From an uncultured bacterium (GTDB taxonomy: Bacteria; SAR324; NAC60-12), in assembly GCA_965662235.1 (NCBI GenBank), contig CBFIGY010000001.1, positions 1 through 64,000 on the forward strand: a stretch of DNA of 64,000 nucleotides. The letters run 5' to 3'. Position numbers and translations under genes: made by a program. Positions 34,686 through 44,486 of the stretch are shown piece after piece. The notes under the pieces are model-generated. The model did not search any database, had not been told where the DNA came from, and saw nothing but the letters and a program-made list of their open reading frames with translations. Each line of letters opens with the position of its first letter. The stretch's first letter is position 1.

Positions 34686-36050
34686 CTACAAGTAATCCTC
34701 CCGATCAATCCCATAGTTCTGCATCTTCTGGTTCAGCGTGCGGCGGGGAACATCCAGTTCTTCCATCACCGCCTTAATGCTGCCGTGGTGCCGCTTCAGG
34801 GACTGTTCAATCACCCGCTTTTCATAGTCGGCCACCTGTTCGGCAAGAGAGGGCTCGTTTTGAGCCCCCGGCAGGGGGTGCATCCGGGACCGCAGCAGGA
34901 CCTCCCACCCTGAAGATCCCGAGCTGAGAACGAAGCGTTCCGCCACATTCTTCAGCTCGCGCACATTCCCAGGCCATGGGTGCTGCTCCAGGATGTCCAT
35001 GTCGTGCCCCTTGAGCGGACGGGCCTGCCGACCATGGGTGGACTGTGCCACACTGACAAAGTGTTCAAAGAGGAGCGGGATGTCTTCCCGACGGTCCCGG
35101 AGCGCTGGGAGGAACAGCTCTGCCACCGCCAGCCGGTAGTACAGATCCTCCCGGAACTTCCCGGCGTCGCTCGCTTCCCGCAGGTCCTGCTTGGTTGCTG
35201 CTGTCACCCGGATGTCCACCACCTTCGCCCGGTTGGCGCCCACACGCAGCACTTCATGCTCCTGAAGCGTCCGGAGCAGTTTGATCTGAAGGTTCAGGGG
35301 CATGCTCTCAATCTCATCCAGCAGCACCGTGCCCCGGTCCGCAAACTCCAGCCGCCCCACCCGTGTTTTGGAAGCGCCCGTGAAGGCTCCGGACTCATGC
35401 CCAAAGAGTTCGCTTTCAAACAACGCCTCCGGAATTGCCCCGCAGTTCAGGGGCACAAAGGCGTTACGGGCCCGTGGACTGAAGTCGTGCAGACACCGGG
35501 CGACCAGCTCCTTTCCGGTCCCGGTTTCCCCGTGAATGAGCACACTGGCATTGGTTTCAGCCAGGTCCAGCACCTGCTGCCGCAGGGTTTCCATGGCCCG
35601 AGAGGTGCCAATCAGTCGGGCCTCAATGCGTCCCTGATTCAGCAGCAGGCGTCGGAGGGATTCATTTTCCAGCACCAGCCGCCGTTGACGGCAACCACGC
35701 CGCACCGACTCCAGCAGGCGTTCCGGATCATAGGGTTTTTCAATGAAGTCAAAGGCCCCGTTTTGCATGGCCTGCACCGCCATGGCAATGTCACCATGCC
35801 CGGTGAGCAGAATCACTGGCAGGTCCGGAAACGCCTCATGCAGCTTTTGGAGCAGCATCAACCCGTCCATGCCCGGCATCCGGACGTCTGACACCACCAC
35901 CCCAGGGAAATCCCAGTGGGCCTGCTCCAACGCCTGAGCCGCTGAGGAACAGGGGGTGACCTCAAAGTCATACAGCTCCAGCCACTGCTGAGCCGACTGG
36001 CGGACCGGGGCTTCATCATCAACCAACAGAACACTTTGAACTTCACGCAT
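34686..36050 (-). CDS. dctD: Sigma-54-dependent response regulator, DctD-like
   Basis: REC (VDDE, SDVRMP), GETGTGKE, GAFTGA, WPGNVREL, C-terminal HTH. Start at ATG 36050. Confidence 0.88.
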   Translation of the reverse strand: MREVQSVLLVDDEAPVRQSAQQWLELYDFEVTPCSSAAQALEQAHWDFPGVVVSDVRMPGMDGLMLLQKLHEAFPDLPVILLTGHGDIAMAVQAMQNGAFDFIEKPYDPERLLESVRRGCRQRRLVLENESLRRLLLNQGRIEARLIGTSRAMETLRQQVLDLAETNASVLIHGETGTGKELVARCLHDFSPRARNAFVPLNCGAIPEALFESELFGHESGAFTGASKTRVGRLEFADRGTVLLDEIESMPLNLQIKLLRTLQEHEVLRVGANRAKVVDIRVTAATKQDLREASDAGKFREDLYYRLAVAELFLPALRDRREDIPLLFEHFVSVAQSTHGRQARPLKGHDMDILEQHPWPGNVRELKNVAERFVLSSGSSGWEVLLRSRMHPLPGAQNEPSLAEQVADYEKRVIEQSLKRHHGSIKAVMEELDVPRRTLNQKMQNYGIDREDYL

Positions 36051-37800
36051 ACGTCGGAGAAGGAAGAGGGAGAACCAAAATAAACACGGCTCCTCCGGAG
36101 TCTCGGTTGGCCGCACGGATGCGACCCCGGTGGGCCTGAGCGATGCCATAGGCAATGGAGAGTCCCAACCCCAACCCCTGCCCATCCAGCTTGCGCGTGA
36201 AGAAGGGTTCAAACAGGTGGGGCAGGTCCTCCGGGTCAATGCCAGGACCATTGTCCAGAAACTCAACCTGAACCTGTTCCTGCTGCTGGAGCACCCGAAT
36301 GATCAGTTCCTGATCCGGGGTGCCGTCCATTGCATCTAGGGCATTGGAGATGAGGTTCACAAAGAGCTGCTGCAGCTGCAACGGGTCTCCCACCACCTCA
36401 ATCGGCTGCTCCCATCCCTCCGTCCGGAGGGTCAGGGAGGGAGACTCGAGGCGCTCCAGAAATAAATCCAGCGCATAACGGAGGACCTCCTGAAGGTTCG
36501 CCTGCACCGCCGTCTGTTCGGACTTGCGGGCAAAGACCTTCAGCTGGCGAGCAATGGCCGAAACGCTCTGGACCAGTTTCAGCAGCCGCTCCAGGTTTTC
36601 CGCCACCACCTCCAGCCGTCCCTTCTGCAGAAGCAGTCGCGAGCTTGCCACAAAGTTCTGCATGGCGGTGAGGGGCTGGTTGAGTTCGTGAGCCACTGCC
36701 GCGGACATCTGCCCCAGCGCCGCCAGCTTTCCCGCCTGGATGAGCTCCCGCTGCGTCGCCTGCAGTTCGCGGGTCCGTTCATCAACCCGCTGCTCCAGCT
36801 GATCCCGGGATTCCTGCAGCGACTGCATCTTGGCACGTCGTTCGCGCTGAAACAGCCACAGGGCCGTCAGGAGCCCCAGCACTCCCAACGCGGCCAGCGC
36901 AGACTCTCCCGCCCGCTGCTCCACAGGCGACAGCGGGGTCAGGTAGTAGAGGGTCCAGCCCAGATCACGGAGGGGCATCTCCTGCACCATGTACTCCTCC
37001 ACCGGATCCTGGGGCACTGTCAGGAGCAGCGCCGAAGACCACCAGGCCGGCTGCACGGCTCCCAGAGGCGCTAGGTTGACGCCCTCGTACTGCCGCTGCT
37101 GCTCAATGGACCGCTGGTCCTCTTCACTCAGCAACCGTAGGGTCCGGAAGCGCCACTCCTTGCGACTGGACAGGGCAATGACCCCCCGAGCGTCTGCGAC
37201 CAGCACATTTTCCTGCGCGGTGGACCAGTCTCCCTGGAGCGCCTCTAGGCTGATCTTCACCACCGCAACTCCGGACACCTCTGCCCGTCGGGACACCGAG
37301 TGCGCCAGGTAGTACCCGGGCTGTCCGGTGGTGGTGCCAATGGCGTAGAACCGTCCCTCCCCCTGGGCAGAGGCCTGCTGAAAGTAAGGACGATAACGAA
37401 ACGACTGCCCCATCAGCGAATCAGATGCATCAAAGTTGCTCGACGCAACCGTGGTGCCTTCATCGTCCAAAACATACAGCAGGGCGGCACCGGAACGTCC
37501 GGCCACCCGCTTCAGCTTGCGGCTGACGTAGTCCTGCAATGGCGCTCGGGTGAAGTCCTGGCTCCGGAGCAGGGCTTGAACAGAGGGGTCTTCAGAGAGG
37601 AGAAAGGGCAGGTACTGGTACTGGGCAATCGCCCCGCGGAGGCTGCTTCCGTAAAGGCTGAGCCGAGAAGCCGCCTGCTCCTGCAGCTCACGCTCCGCAG
37701 TGCGCCAGCCCTGGTAGGCCGCCAGCCCCGTCAGGATCCCAACTAGGCTCAGAAGCAACCAGCCAACAAGCGAACGTCGGGACGGGGCGGGCGAAACCAT
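36043..37800 (-). CDS. dctB: C4-dicarboxylate-type sensor histidine kinase, DctB-like
   Basis: Cache domain (YRPYF, FYAIGTTTGQPGYY), AHELNQPL, NLISNA, GLGLGLSI. Confidence 0.85.
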   Translation of the reverse strand: MVSPAPSRRSLVGWLLLSLVGILTGLAAYQGWRTAERELQEQAASRLSLYGSSLRGAIAQYQYLPFLLSEDPSVQALLRSQDFTRAPLQDYVSRKLKRVAGRSGAALLYVLDDEGTTVASSNFDASDSLMGQSFRYRPYFQQASAQGEGRFYAIGTTTGQPGYYLAHSVSRRAEVSGVAVVKISLEALQGDWSTAQENVLVADARGVIALSSRKEWRFRTLRLLSEEDQRSIEQQRQYEGVNLAPLGAVQPAWWSSALLLTVPQDPVEEYMVQEMPLRDLGWTLYYLTPLSPVEQRAGESALAALGVLGLLTALWLFQRERRAKMQSLQESRDQLEQRVDERTRELQATQRELIQAGKLAALGQMSAAVAHELNQPLTAMQNFVASSRLLLQKGRLEVVAENLERLLKLVQSVSAIARQLKVFARKSEQTAVQANLQEVLRYALDLFLERLESPSLTLRTEGWEQPIEVVGDPLQLQQLFVNLISNALDAMDGTPDQELIIRVLQQQEQVQVEFLDNGPGIDPEDLPHLFEPFFTRKLDGQGLGLGLSIAYGIAQAHRGRIRAANRDSGGAVFILVLPLPSPTYA

Positions 37801-37848
37801 GGGCCTTCCAAGAGAGGCAGCCTGGACCAGAGTCCAGAGGAGAGGCGG

Positions 37849-38844
37849 TTACTGCTGGTCGGCGTTCAGGGTCTTGCCCTGTTCCTTCCAGAACTTCTGG
37901 GCGCCTGCATGCACCGGGGTCACAATTCCCGTCAGTCCGGAACCAATGCTCATGGCCTTGGCTGTTGACTTCACCGAGACCAGGTACTTGAGTCCGGCAT
38001 CTGCAAACACCTGCTTAGCGGCCTCGTAGACCGTGTCTTCCGAGACGTGACGACCTGCTGTCCACAGGGCGGAATCCTGCACCGTGACGACATCGTAGTC
38101 CACTCCCTGATAAGTTCCAGCAGGAATCACCACCTTTGAGTAGAAGGGGTAGTCCTTGAAGAGCTTTCCATTCTTCTCTGCCTCAGCATACACCTGAATC
38201 AGGCGAATTGGATTGGAGGCAGCAGCCTGAATCACAGAAGAGTTGGGGAAGCCCGCAAAGACCCAAAGGGCCGCAACCTGGTTGTCTCCCAATGCGGAGG
38301 CGCCTTGGTTGTATCCCACAAACTGCGGGTCAATCTTGTCCCAAATGCCAACGCTCTCAAAGTAGCGTTGTGCAGAAGCAGCGGCTCCTGAACCGGCGGC
38401 GCCAACGGCCACTTTCTTCCCAACCAGTTCCTCTACGGTGGTGATGCCCGAATTTTCCAGCACAATCAGGTGGGCCGGCGCGCCATAGAGGTAGGCTACC
38501 GCATGAACGTTGCGGTACTGCTTCGTGTCCTTGGTCAGGCGCCCGTTTCGTCCAAGGTAGAGGTCCCCGGAGTAGGTGATGCCAAAGTCGGCGTCTCGTG
38601 AGTTGACACGCCGTAGGTTTTCCACAGAGCCGGCAGAGGCCATGTTGGAAACCTCAATGCCCCCCATGTTCTTTGACAGGTAGGTGGACATGCCGTTGGA
38701 GAAGTACTGGAAGGTCCCGCCGTCCGGGCCTCCGGAGAAGGCGAGGTACTTTTGGGCAGAAGCCGGGGTGGCCAGCAGCAGAGTGGCCGCCAGAGCCGTT
38801 GTCAGAGCGGTGACCGCTTTTCGAAAGATGCGTGTCCGTTGCAT
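37849..38844 (-). CDS. TAXI-family TRAP transporter solute-binding protein
   Basis: Signal peptide, GGPDGGTF, SAGSVEN, GAAGSG, PVHAGA. Confidence 0.9.
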   Translation of the reverse strand: MQRTRIFRKAVTALTTALAATLLLATPASAQKYLAFSGGPDGGTFQYFSNGMSTYLSKNMGGIEVSNMASAGSVENLRRVNSRDADFGITYSGDLYLGRNGRLTKDTKQYRNVHAVAYLYGAPAHLIVLENSGITTVEELVGKKVAVGAAGSGAAASAQRYFESVGIWDKIDPQFVGYNQGASALGDNQVAALWVFAGFPNSSVIQAAASNPIRLIQVYAEAEKNGKLFKDYPFYSKVVIPAGTYQGVDYDVVTVQDSALWTAGRHVSEDTVYEAAKQVFADAGLKYLVSVKSTAKAMSIGSGLTGIVTPVHAGAQKFWKEQGKTLNADQQ

Positions 38845-38905
38845 GAAAGTCTCCTATCAGGTTGATGAACTGTAGCACTCCGTCTTCCGGAGGCTGATCT
38901 GCGGT

Positions 38906-39373
38906 TCAGGCACGTGCATCACGAGGTGATGACGGACGGTGGGGGACCGTCAGAACCGGAATTGGCGAATTGCGGACCACCCGCTCCGCCGTTGAGCCAA
39001 TCAGCACCTGCTCCAGCGCCGACCGTCCCGTGCTCCCCAAAATGATCAAATCGGCCCCCACCCGCTCCGCCTCCAGCAGAATCTCCCGGAACCCCACGCC
39101 AGCAGCAATCCGGGTGGTGTACGGGTGAGGAGCAAAGTGCTGGTGACAGAAGGCGGCCAGCTCCTCTTCAGCGAGCTGCACCACCTCGTGACTCAGGGAC
39201 TGGAGCACCTCATCTGTGAGGCGCTTGCGCCGCCGGTCCACCAGCTCCGTGACCACATGGACCACATGAAGCCGAGCACCGGTCAGTTCCAGAAGCCCCT
39301 GCACGTACCGGCAGGTCTCCTGGGCCCCTGATGAAAAATCAGTGGCCAGTAAAAGGGTTTGAAATGGATTCAC
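38906..39373 (-). CDS. Universal stress protein (UspA family)
   Basis: LLATDFS, DLIILGSTGR...GSTAERVVRNSPIPVLTV. Confidence 0.92.
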   Translation of the reverse strand: MNPFQTLLLATDFSSGAQETCRYVQGLLELTGARLHVVHVVTELVDRRRKRLTDEVLQSLSHEVVQLAEEELAAFCHQHFAPHPYTTRIAAGVGFREILLEAERVGADLIILGSTGRSALEQVLIGSTAERVVRNSPIPVLTVPHRPSSPRDARA

Positions 39374-39391
39374 TTCCTCCTCGTATCAGCA

Positions 39392-41581
39392 TCAGGAAAC
39401 GGCGGGAGAAGAAGTCTGAGCGTCCCGCTGGATCCACCAGACGAACGCCACCAGCGCCAGACCCAGGGCGTCGGTTTCAAAGGTGGGCCAGTACAGCAGA
39501 AACGTTCCCACGCCCAGCAACACCCACTCGTACAGCTTGGTCCGCCTCCGGAAGAACCCCATGGAGAAGGCACTGAACGCAATGGTCCCCAGCACAGCCG
39601 ACAGGAAGGCACTGAAGACCTCCAGTGTCGTTCCATCCAAAAGGATTCCTGGGACGTAGGCAAAGAGCAGCGGCATCACATAGAGCAGTTTCGCAAACTT
39701 GAAGGACGTCCACCCCGTCTTCCAGGGGTCAGCTCCTGCGATTGCCGCTCCTGCATACGCGGCCACGCACACCGGCGGAGTGATGTTGGAGTCCTGCGAA
39801 AGCCAATAGACGATCATGTGGGCTGCTATCACGGACACGCCATACTGTCCCAGCGCTGGAACTGCCAGGACGGCGACAATCAGGTAGGCTGCGGTTACCG
39901 GAACCCCCATGCCCAGCACCAGAGAGGCAATTGCAATCAGAACCACCGCCAGCAACAGGCTCTCTCCCGCCATGGAGATCACTAGGTCGGAGAACTTCAG
40001 TCCCATCCCCGTCAGGGAAATGGTTCCGACAATCACCCCAATCACGCCAATGGTCGCGCCCACCACCAGGGTGCTGTCGGCTCCTTTGAGGATGGCGTTC
40101 CAGATCTCCTTGGGCCCCATCCGGGTTTCCGGTTTCACCCAGCTGATGGCAATGCAGGAAAGCGTTGCCCAGAAGGCAGCGTTTCCAGGGGACCGTCCGA
40201 GGAACATCAAGGCCGTGATGATGACCAGCGGGAGGGAGTAGTACCACCCGTCCTTGAGCACAATCTTCCAGTGCGGAACCTCTTCGGAGAGATCCAACCC
40301 GCCCAGGCCCTGCTTCTTCGCCTCAAAGTGGATCATTCCAAACACCGAGAGGAAGTAGAGCAACGCGGGTCCCACCGACATCAGCATGATGTCCGCATAG
40401 GAGATCCCTGTCAGCTCGGCCATCAGGAATCCGCCGGCTCCCATGATCGGTGGCAGGAACATGCCTCCAATGGAGGCCGACGGTTCAATCGCTCCGGCGA
40501 CATGAGGCCGGAACCCTGCTCGCTTCATCAGGGGAATCGTAAAGGACCCCGTGGAAACGGTGTTGGCAATGGCCGATCCTGAAACCGAACCAAACAGCGC
40601 CGAGGAAAGGACCGCAACCTTGGCCGGACCTCCGGTTGCGCCTCCGGCAATGGCGAGGGGCAGGTCGATGAAGAAGCGTCCGGCTCCGGAGGCCTGCAGA
40701 AAGGCCCCAAAGAAGATGAAGAGGATGACGTAGGTGGCCAGGACGTTTGCCATCACCCCAAACACCCCGTTGGTGGTCAGGAACAGCGACGTCGCCAAGC
40801 GTTCAAAACGGAACCCGCGGTGGGCCAACAGATCCGGAAGGTAGGGCCCAAAGAGCCCGAAGCAGATCATGCCAATGCCAATCAGGGTGATCGACCACCC
40901 CAGCACCCGACGGCACACCTCCAGCGACAGCAGCAGCCCAATGATGCTCACCAGCATGTCGACCTCATTCTCAGCACCTGCCCGGTAGTTCAGGTCCTCA
41001 AACTGGCTGATCCAGTACAGCACCGTCACAGCCATGCCGGTTGCCAGAATGTGGTCGCTGATGCTGGGAACGTTCTTGGAGAAACGCAGGAGCTTGCGGT
41101 CCAGCAGTGCGAGCGGCACTGCTAACACCGGCACCAACAGCACCGTGTACAGAAGGTTCCCTAGGTCCTGCTCCAGCGCGAACGCCAGACCGTCGTATTC
41201 CCAGGTCTCTCGGAAGAGCCCAATCTGCTGATAGAAGCGGGTAAAGTCTTCAAAAATCACCCCTCCAGAAAGCAGCACCGAAAGCAACGTTCCTGCAGCA
41301 AGCGCCATCAGGTCATGCGCCAGCGTTCCCCCAGCGGGATAGAGCAGAAACACCAGCACACAGGTGATGAGCACGTAGATGCCTAGGTGGTACTGTGTCC
41401 CCAGAGCCTGAAAACCAGCCCCGTAGAAGTAGATCAGAACCAGCGACGCAGAAAGCCCTGCTCCAAACCAACGCCACACGCTCCCGAGCGAACGCTCCGT
41501 CTTACTCTCTTGCTCCAGCAACGCCTGCAGACGAGCCTGATTTTCGGAATCCGACTCGACCGTTTCCTTGTTCTCGATCAC
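39392..41581 (-). CDS. TRAP transporter fused permease (4TM/12TM, TAXI type)
   Basis: GGPAKVAV, SGSAIAN, PPIMGAGGF, GMGVPVTAAY, ITPPVC. Confidence 0.92.
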   Translation of the reverse strand: MIENKETVESDSENQARLQALLEQESKTERSLGSVWRWFGAGLSASLVLIYFYGAGFQALGTQYHLGIYVLITCVLVFLLYPAGGTLAHDLMALAAGTLLSVLLSGGVIFEDFTRFYQQIGLFRETWEYDGLAFALEQDLGNLLYTVLLVPVLAVPLALLDRKLLRFSKNVPSISDHILATGMAVTVLYWISQFEDLNYRAGAENEVDMLVSIIGLLLSLEVCRRVLGWSITLIGIGMICFGLFGPYLPDLLAHRGFRFERLATSLFLTTNGVFGVMANVLATYVILFIFFGAFLQASGAGRFFIDLPLAIAGGATGGPAKVAVLSSALFGSVSGSAIANTVSTGSFTIPLMKRAGFRPHVAGAIEPSASIGGMFLPPIMGAGGFLMAELTGISYADIMLMSVGPALLYFLSVFGMIHFEAKKQGLGGLDLSEEVPHWKIVLKDGWYYSLPLVIITALMFLGRSPGNAAFWATLSCIAISWVKPETRMGPKEIWNAILKGADSTLVVGATIGVIGVIVGTISLTGMGLKFSDLVISMAGESLLLAVVLIAIASLVLGMGVPVTAAYLIVAVLAVPALGQYGVSVIAAHMIVYWLSQDSNITPPVCVAAYAGAAIAGADPWKTGWTSFKFAKLLYVMPLLFAYVPGILLDGTTLEVFSAFLSAVLGTIAFSAFSMGFFRRRTKLYEWVLLGVGTFLLYWPTFETDALGLALVAFVWWIQRDAQTSSPAVS

Positions 41582-41645
41582 GTGTGCCTCCTGCGTCTTG
41601 CGCCATTCGCTCGTTTCCCCGTAGCGGGATGCCTACGAATCCTTC

Positions 41646-41661
41646 AGCAAGCCAGAGACCA
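41646..41661 (-). promoter_or_regulatory. Putative sigma-54 (-24/-12) promoter of the TRAP operon
   Basis: Minus strand TGGTCTCTGGCTTGCT = GG-N10-GC, 65 nt upstream of the permease start; the operon ends in a DctD-like activator. Confidence 0.65.
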
Positions 41662-41720
41662 CACCGTGACTCGAGTTAACGCCCTGTTTTCAAAAGACTT
41701 AATGAGGACGCTCTCCCTTT

Positions 41721-41774
41721 GATAAGCGAAAAACCGCTCATCAAGCGACTTAGATAAGCAATAAATTGCTTATT
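41721..41774. promoter_or_regulatory. Two tandem palindromic enhancer (UAS) candidates
   Basis: GATAAGCG-N6-CGCTCATC (41721-41742) and GATAAGCA-N6-TGCTTATT (41753-41774), 32 bp apart. Confidence 0.6.
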
Positions 41775-41859
41775 AAAGGGAAAGAGCGAGGCACGTCGGT
41801 GACCCGGATCAGAAGCCGATGGGCCTGTGCTGGAAGAAGAGAGCTTAGGAAAGGAGGCG

Positions 41860-41886
41860 TCCTCCGGAGTCAAATGCTCCGGAGGA
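41860..41886. terminator. Hairpin downstream of the degT-like gene
   Basis: TCCTCCGGAG-N7-CTCCGGAGGA perfect 10-bp inverted repeat; no clear U-tract. Confidence 0.45.
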
Positions 41887-41893
41887 GTCAGGA

Positions 41894-43063
41894 TCAGGCG
41901 CCGTAGAATTCAGCGACTTTGCGGGTGACGTACTGCAGGGCGTCTTCACTCACTCCGGGATAGACCGGAAGCGAAAGGATGGACGTGGCCGCCGTGTTGG
42001 AGACGGGGAAGTCTTCCTCGCGGTAGCCCAGCGGAGCAAAGCACTCCTGCTTGTGGAACGGCAGAGGGTAGTAAATCTCAGAGGCAATTCCTTCCTTCTG
42101 CAGGAAGTCCCGCAGCTCGTCGCGTCTGAGCGCCCGGACCATGAACTGGTTGTAGATGTGCCGATTCGGCAGAGAGGCGTCGTGCACGGCATCTGGCAGG
42201 CGCACAAACTCATTCAGGCCCGCCTTCTGGAAGAGCTCCTGATACCGGGCAGCGTTGTGCTGACGCTGCTGGTGCCACTCGTCCAGGCGCTTTAGCTTCA
42301 AGCGCACCACCGTCGCCTGAATCGGATCCAGACGGAAGTTGCCTCCGATCACCTTGTGGAAGTAACGCTGCTCCCCTCCGTGGACCCGTTTGATCCGCAT
42401 CTTCTGCGCCAGCTCCGGATCATTGACAGAGATGATGCCTCCGTCGCCGATGCCACCCAGGTTTTTCGAGGGAAAGAACGAAAAGCAGCCCGCGGCCCCC
42501 ACGCTTCCGGCCCGGTGCTTCTTTCCCTGATAAAGGCACTCCGCGCCAATCGCTTGAGCCGCGTCTTCAACCACGGGAACGCCCAGTTCCTGAGCCACTT
42601 CCATGAGGCCATCCATGTCGGCACACTGTCCGTACAGGTGCACCGGCATGATCGCCTTAACACGGCTCCGTTCGTCAGCGCTCAGGCCCTGCATCACCAC
42701 TCGGATCTGATCCGGATCCATGTTGAAGGTCACCGGGTCGATGTCGACAAAAACCGGCCGAGCGTTGAGTCGAGAGATCACTCCGGCAGTGGCAAAGAAC
42801 GAAAAGTCGGTTGTCAGCACAAGGTCTCCCGGACCAATGTCCAGAGCCATCAGCGCCAGCAGGAGGGCGTCGGTTCCGGAAGAGACCCCCACCGCGTCGG
42901 TGGTACCGCAGTAGGCGGCAATCTCTTTCTCCAGCTCGTCCACTTCCGGACCCATGATGTAGCGGGTGGAATCAATCACGTTTGTCACCGCTTCCAGGAT
43001 CTCAGCCCGCATTTCTTCCAGCTGGGGCTTCAGGTCAAGGAGAGGAATGGTCATTTCCGGCAT
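41894..43063 (-). CDS. DegT/DnrJ/EryC1/StrS family PLP aminotransferase
   Basis: SSGTDAL, EDAAQAIG, SFFPSKNLG, GGNFRLD. Confidence 0.92.
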   Translation of the reverse strand: MPEMTIPLLDLKPQLEEMRAEILEAVTNVIDSTRYIMGPEVDELEKEIAAYCGTTDAVGVSSGTDALLLALMALDIGPGDLVLTTDFSFFATAGVISRLNARPVFVDIDPVTFNMDPDQIRVVMQGLSADERSRVKAIMPVHLYGQCADMDGLMEVAQELGVPVVEDAAQAIGAECLYQGKKHRAGSVGAAGCFSFFPSKNLGGIGDGGIISVNDPELAQKMRIKRVHGGEQRYFHKVIGGNFRLDPIQATVVRLKLKRLDEWHQQRQHNAARYQELFQKAGLNEFVRLPDAVHDASLPNRHIYNQFMVRALRRDELRDFLQKEGIASEIYYPLPFHKQECFAPLGYREEDFPVSNTAATSILSLPVYPGVSEDALQYVTRKVAEFYGA

Positions 43064-43086
43064 AAGGCCCTCGTTCCATCAAAAAG

Positions 43087-43785
43087 TTAAAGCAACACGC
43101 GTATGTCGTAGAACGCGTGCGTGTACGCCGCAGCGGCAAAGCCACGGAAGTAATACAGCACCGTGAACAGCAACCCGGCAATCCAGCGGAACAGAAAGCT
43201 GTAGAAGCTGAAGGAGTCCGCCATGTTGCCCACGTAGTGGCTCAGGGAAAACAGAAACGCCGCCACCGTGACCGAAATCAGCGCGGCCCAGAAGTCGCTG
43301 CGCAGCAGGGGCCGGAGCAAAAACAGCAGGAAGTTCAGCAGCAGCACCCGAAAGAATAGCTCCTCAAACAGTCCAGCTCCCAGCGACAGGGCTAGGTTCT
43401 GCAGCAGACCAGAGCTTCCGTAGGCGCCCACCGACAACAAAATGGGACTCAGGATCAGGTGAATCACCAATCCAAACACCAGACTGTACGCCAGCGACTC
43501 CAACAGAAGCAGGCCGATGTACTTTGTCCGGAGCATCACTCCAGGAGACAGCATCTTCGCCGGCACCAGCAGCGCCAGGGCGACCACAATCATGACAAAG
43601 GGAATCAGAGGCGGGCTGACCTCAAAGGCTCTCAGGAAGAAGCGGATCCACACGTCTGCAGCATTCCGGACCGCCCAGTATCGGGTCTCGGTCAACACAA
43701 CCAAGACCTCGTACCCGACCAGCAGGGGAATGGCTAAGACAACAGAATAAAAAGGAGAGCGCGTGGCCTCCAGATACTCACGCAT
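43087..43785 (-). CDS. CPBP (Abi/CAAX protease) family intramembrane glutamic endopeptidase
   Basis: FEELFFR, FSLSH, HAFYD motifs in a multi-TM protein. Confidence 0.85.
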   Translation of the reverse strand: MREYLEATRSPFYSVVLAIPLLVGYEVLVVLTETRYWAVRNAADVWIRFFLRAFEVSPPLIPFVMIVVALALLVPAKMLSPGVMLRTKYIGLLLLESLAYSLVFGLVIHLILSPILLSVGAYGSSGLLQNLALSLGAGLFEELFFRVLLLNFLLFLLRPLLRSDFWAALISVTVAAFLFSLSHYVGNMADSFSFYSFLFRWIAGLLFTVLYYFRGFAAAAYTHAFYDIRVLL

Positions 43786-43793
43786 GTGAGAAA

Positions 43794-44486
43794 TCAGAGG
43801 CGGGTGATGTTGGCTTCACTGACAAAGTTCAGGCGCTTGAGACGAGTGGCTTCCGTGTTGGCTTGTCCTCGTGTGAGTTTCCCCACCCGGACACGATACC
43901 AGACTTGGCTGGTCGGTGAAACATACTTGTCCACGTAAGCGTCCCGGAACCCGTTTTCATTGAGGCGGGTCACCATGTCTTCAGCCATCTTCAGCACCCG
44001 GTAGGCTGCCACCTGAATGGTGTAGGTCCGGTCTGGAGAAGGAGCCGGCTTCGGCGGAATGGGCTTGGGCTTGGCGGGTGCTGGACTCGGCACCACGGCG
44101 ACCGGCTTGGAAGGAGACGGCGGCGCCGGAACCTCAGCGGCACTCGTAGCTTCAGAATTCGCCACTTCGGCTTGGTTGACCTCATCGGCCAGCACGCTGG
44201 TTCGTTCTCGGAGCTTGCTCAGGTTTTCCAGATCAATCGCAGGTTCGTCGGCTGGCTCATCGGCCAACTGAAAAAACTGCATCTGCTCCGGACTCACCTC
44301 TTCTTCGGCTCCGTCTTGAGGCAAAGGGGCCAGCAGTTCGGCCTCAGGGCTTCTGAGGCTCTTGCCTGTGGTCATCCCCAGGTAAAACGCAAGCACTAGG
44401 CTGAGGGAGCCCAACGCCACCAAAGAGGTCGCCTGAAGGGTGCTGAGTTTGAGGTTAATGAGCGGTTTCGGCTTCGGTGCTGCCAT
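43794..44486 (-). CDS. SPOR-domain cell-envelope/division protein
   Basis: N-terminal TM, Pro-rich linker, YTIQVAAY...WYRVRVG. Confidence 0.85.
   Translation of the reverse strand: MAAPKPKPLINLKLSTLQATSLVALGSLSLVLAFYLGMTTGKSLRSPEAELLAPLPQDGAEEEVSPEQMQFFQLADEPADEPAIDLENLSKLRERTSVLADEVNQAEVANSEATSAAEVPAPPSPSKPVAVVPSPAPAKPKPIPPKPAPSPDRTYTIQVAAYRVLKMAEDMVTRLNENGFRDAYVDKYVSPTSQVWYRVRVGKLTRGQANTEATRLKRLNFVSEANITRL

Noticed and set aside
43087..43785. Abi-domain protein as phage defence or bacteriocin immunity
   Set aside because: CPBP proteases are widespread; no defence or bacteriocin genes are adjacent.
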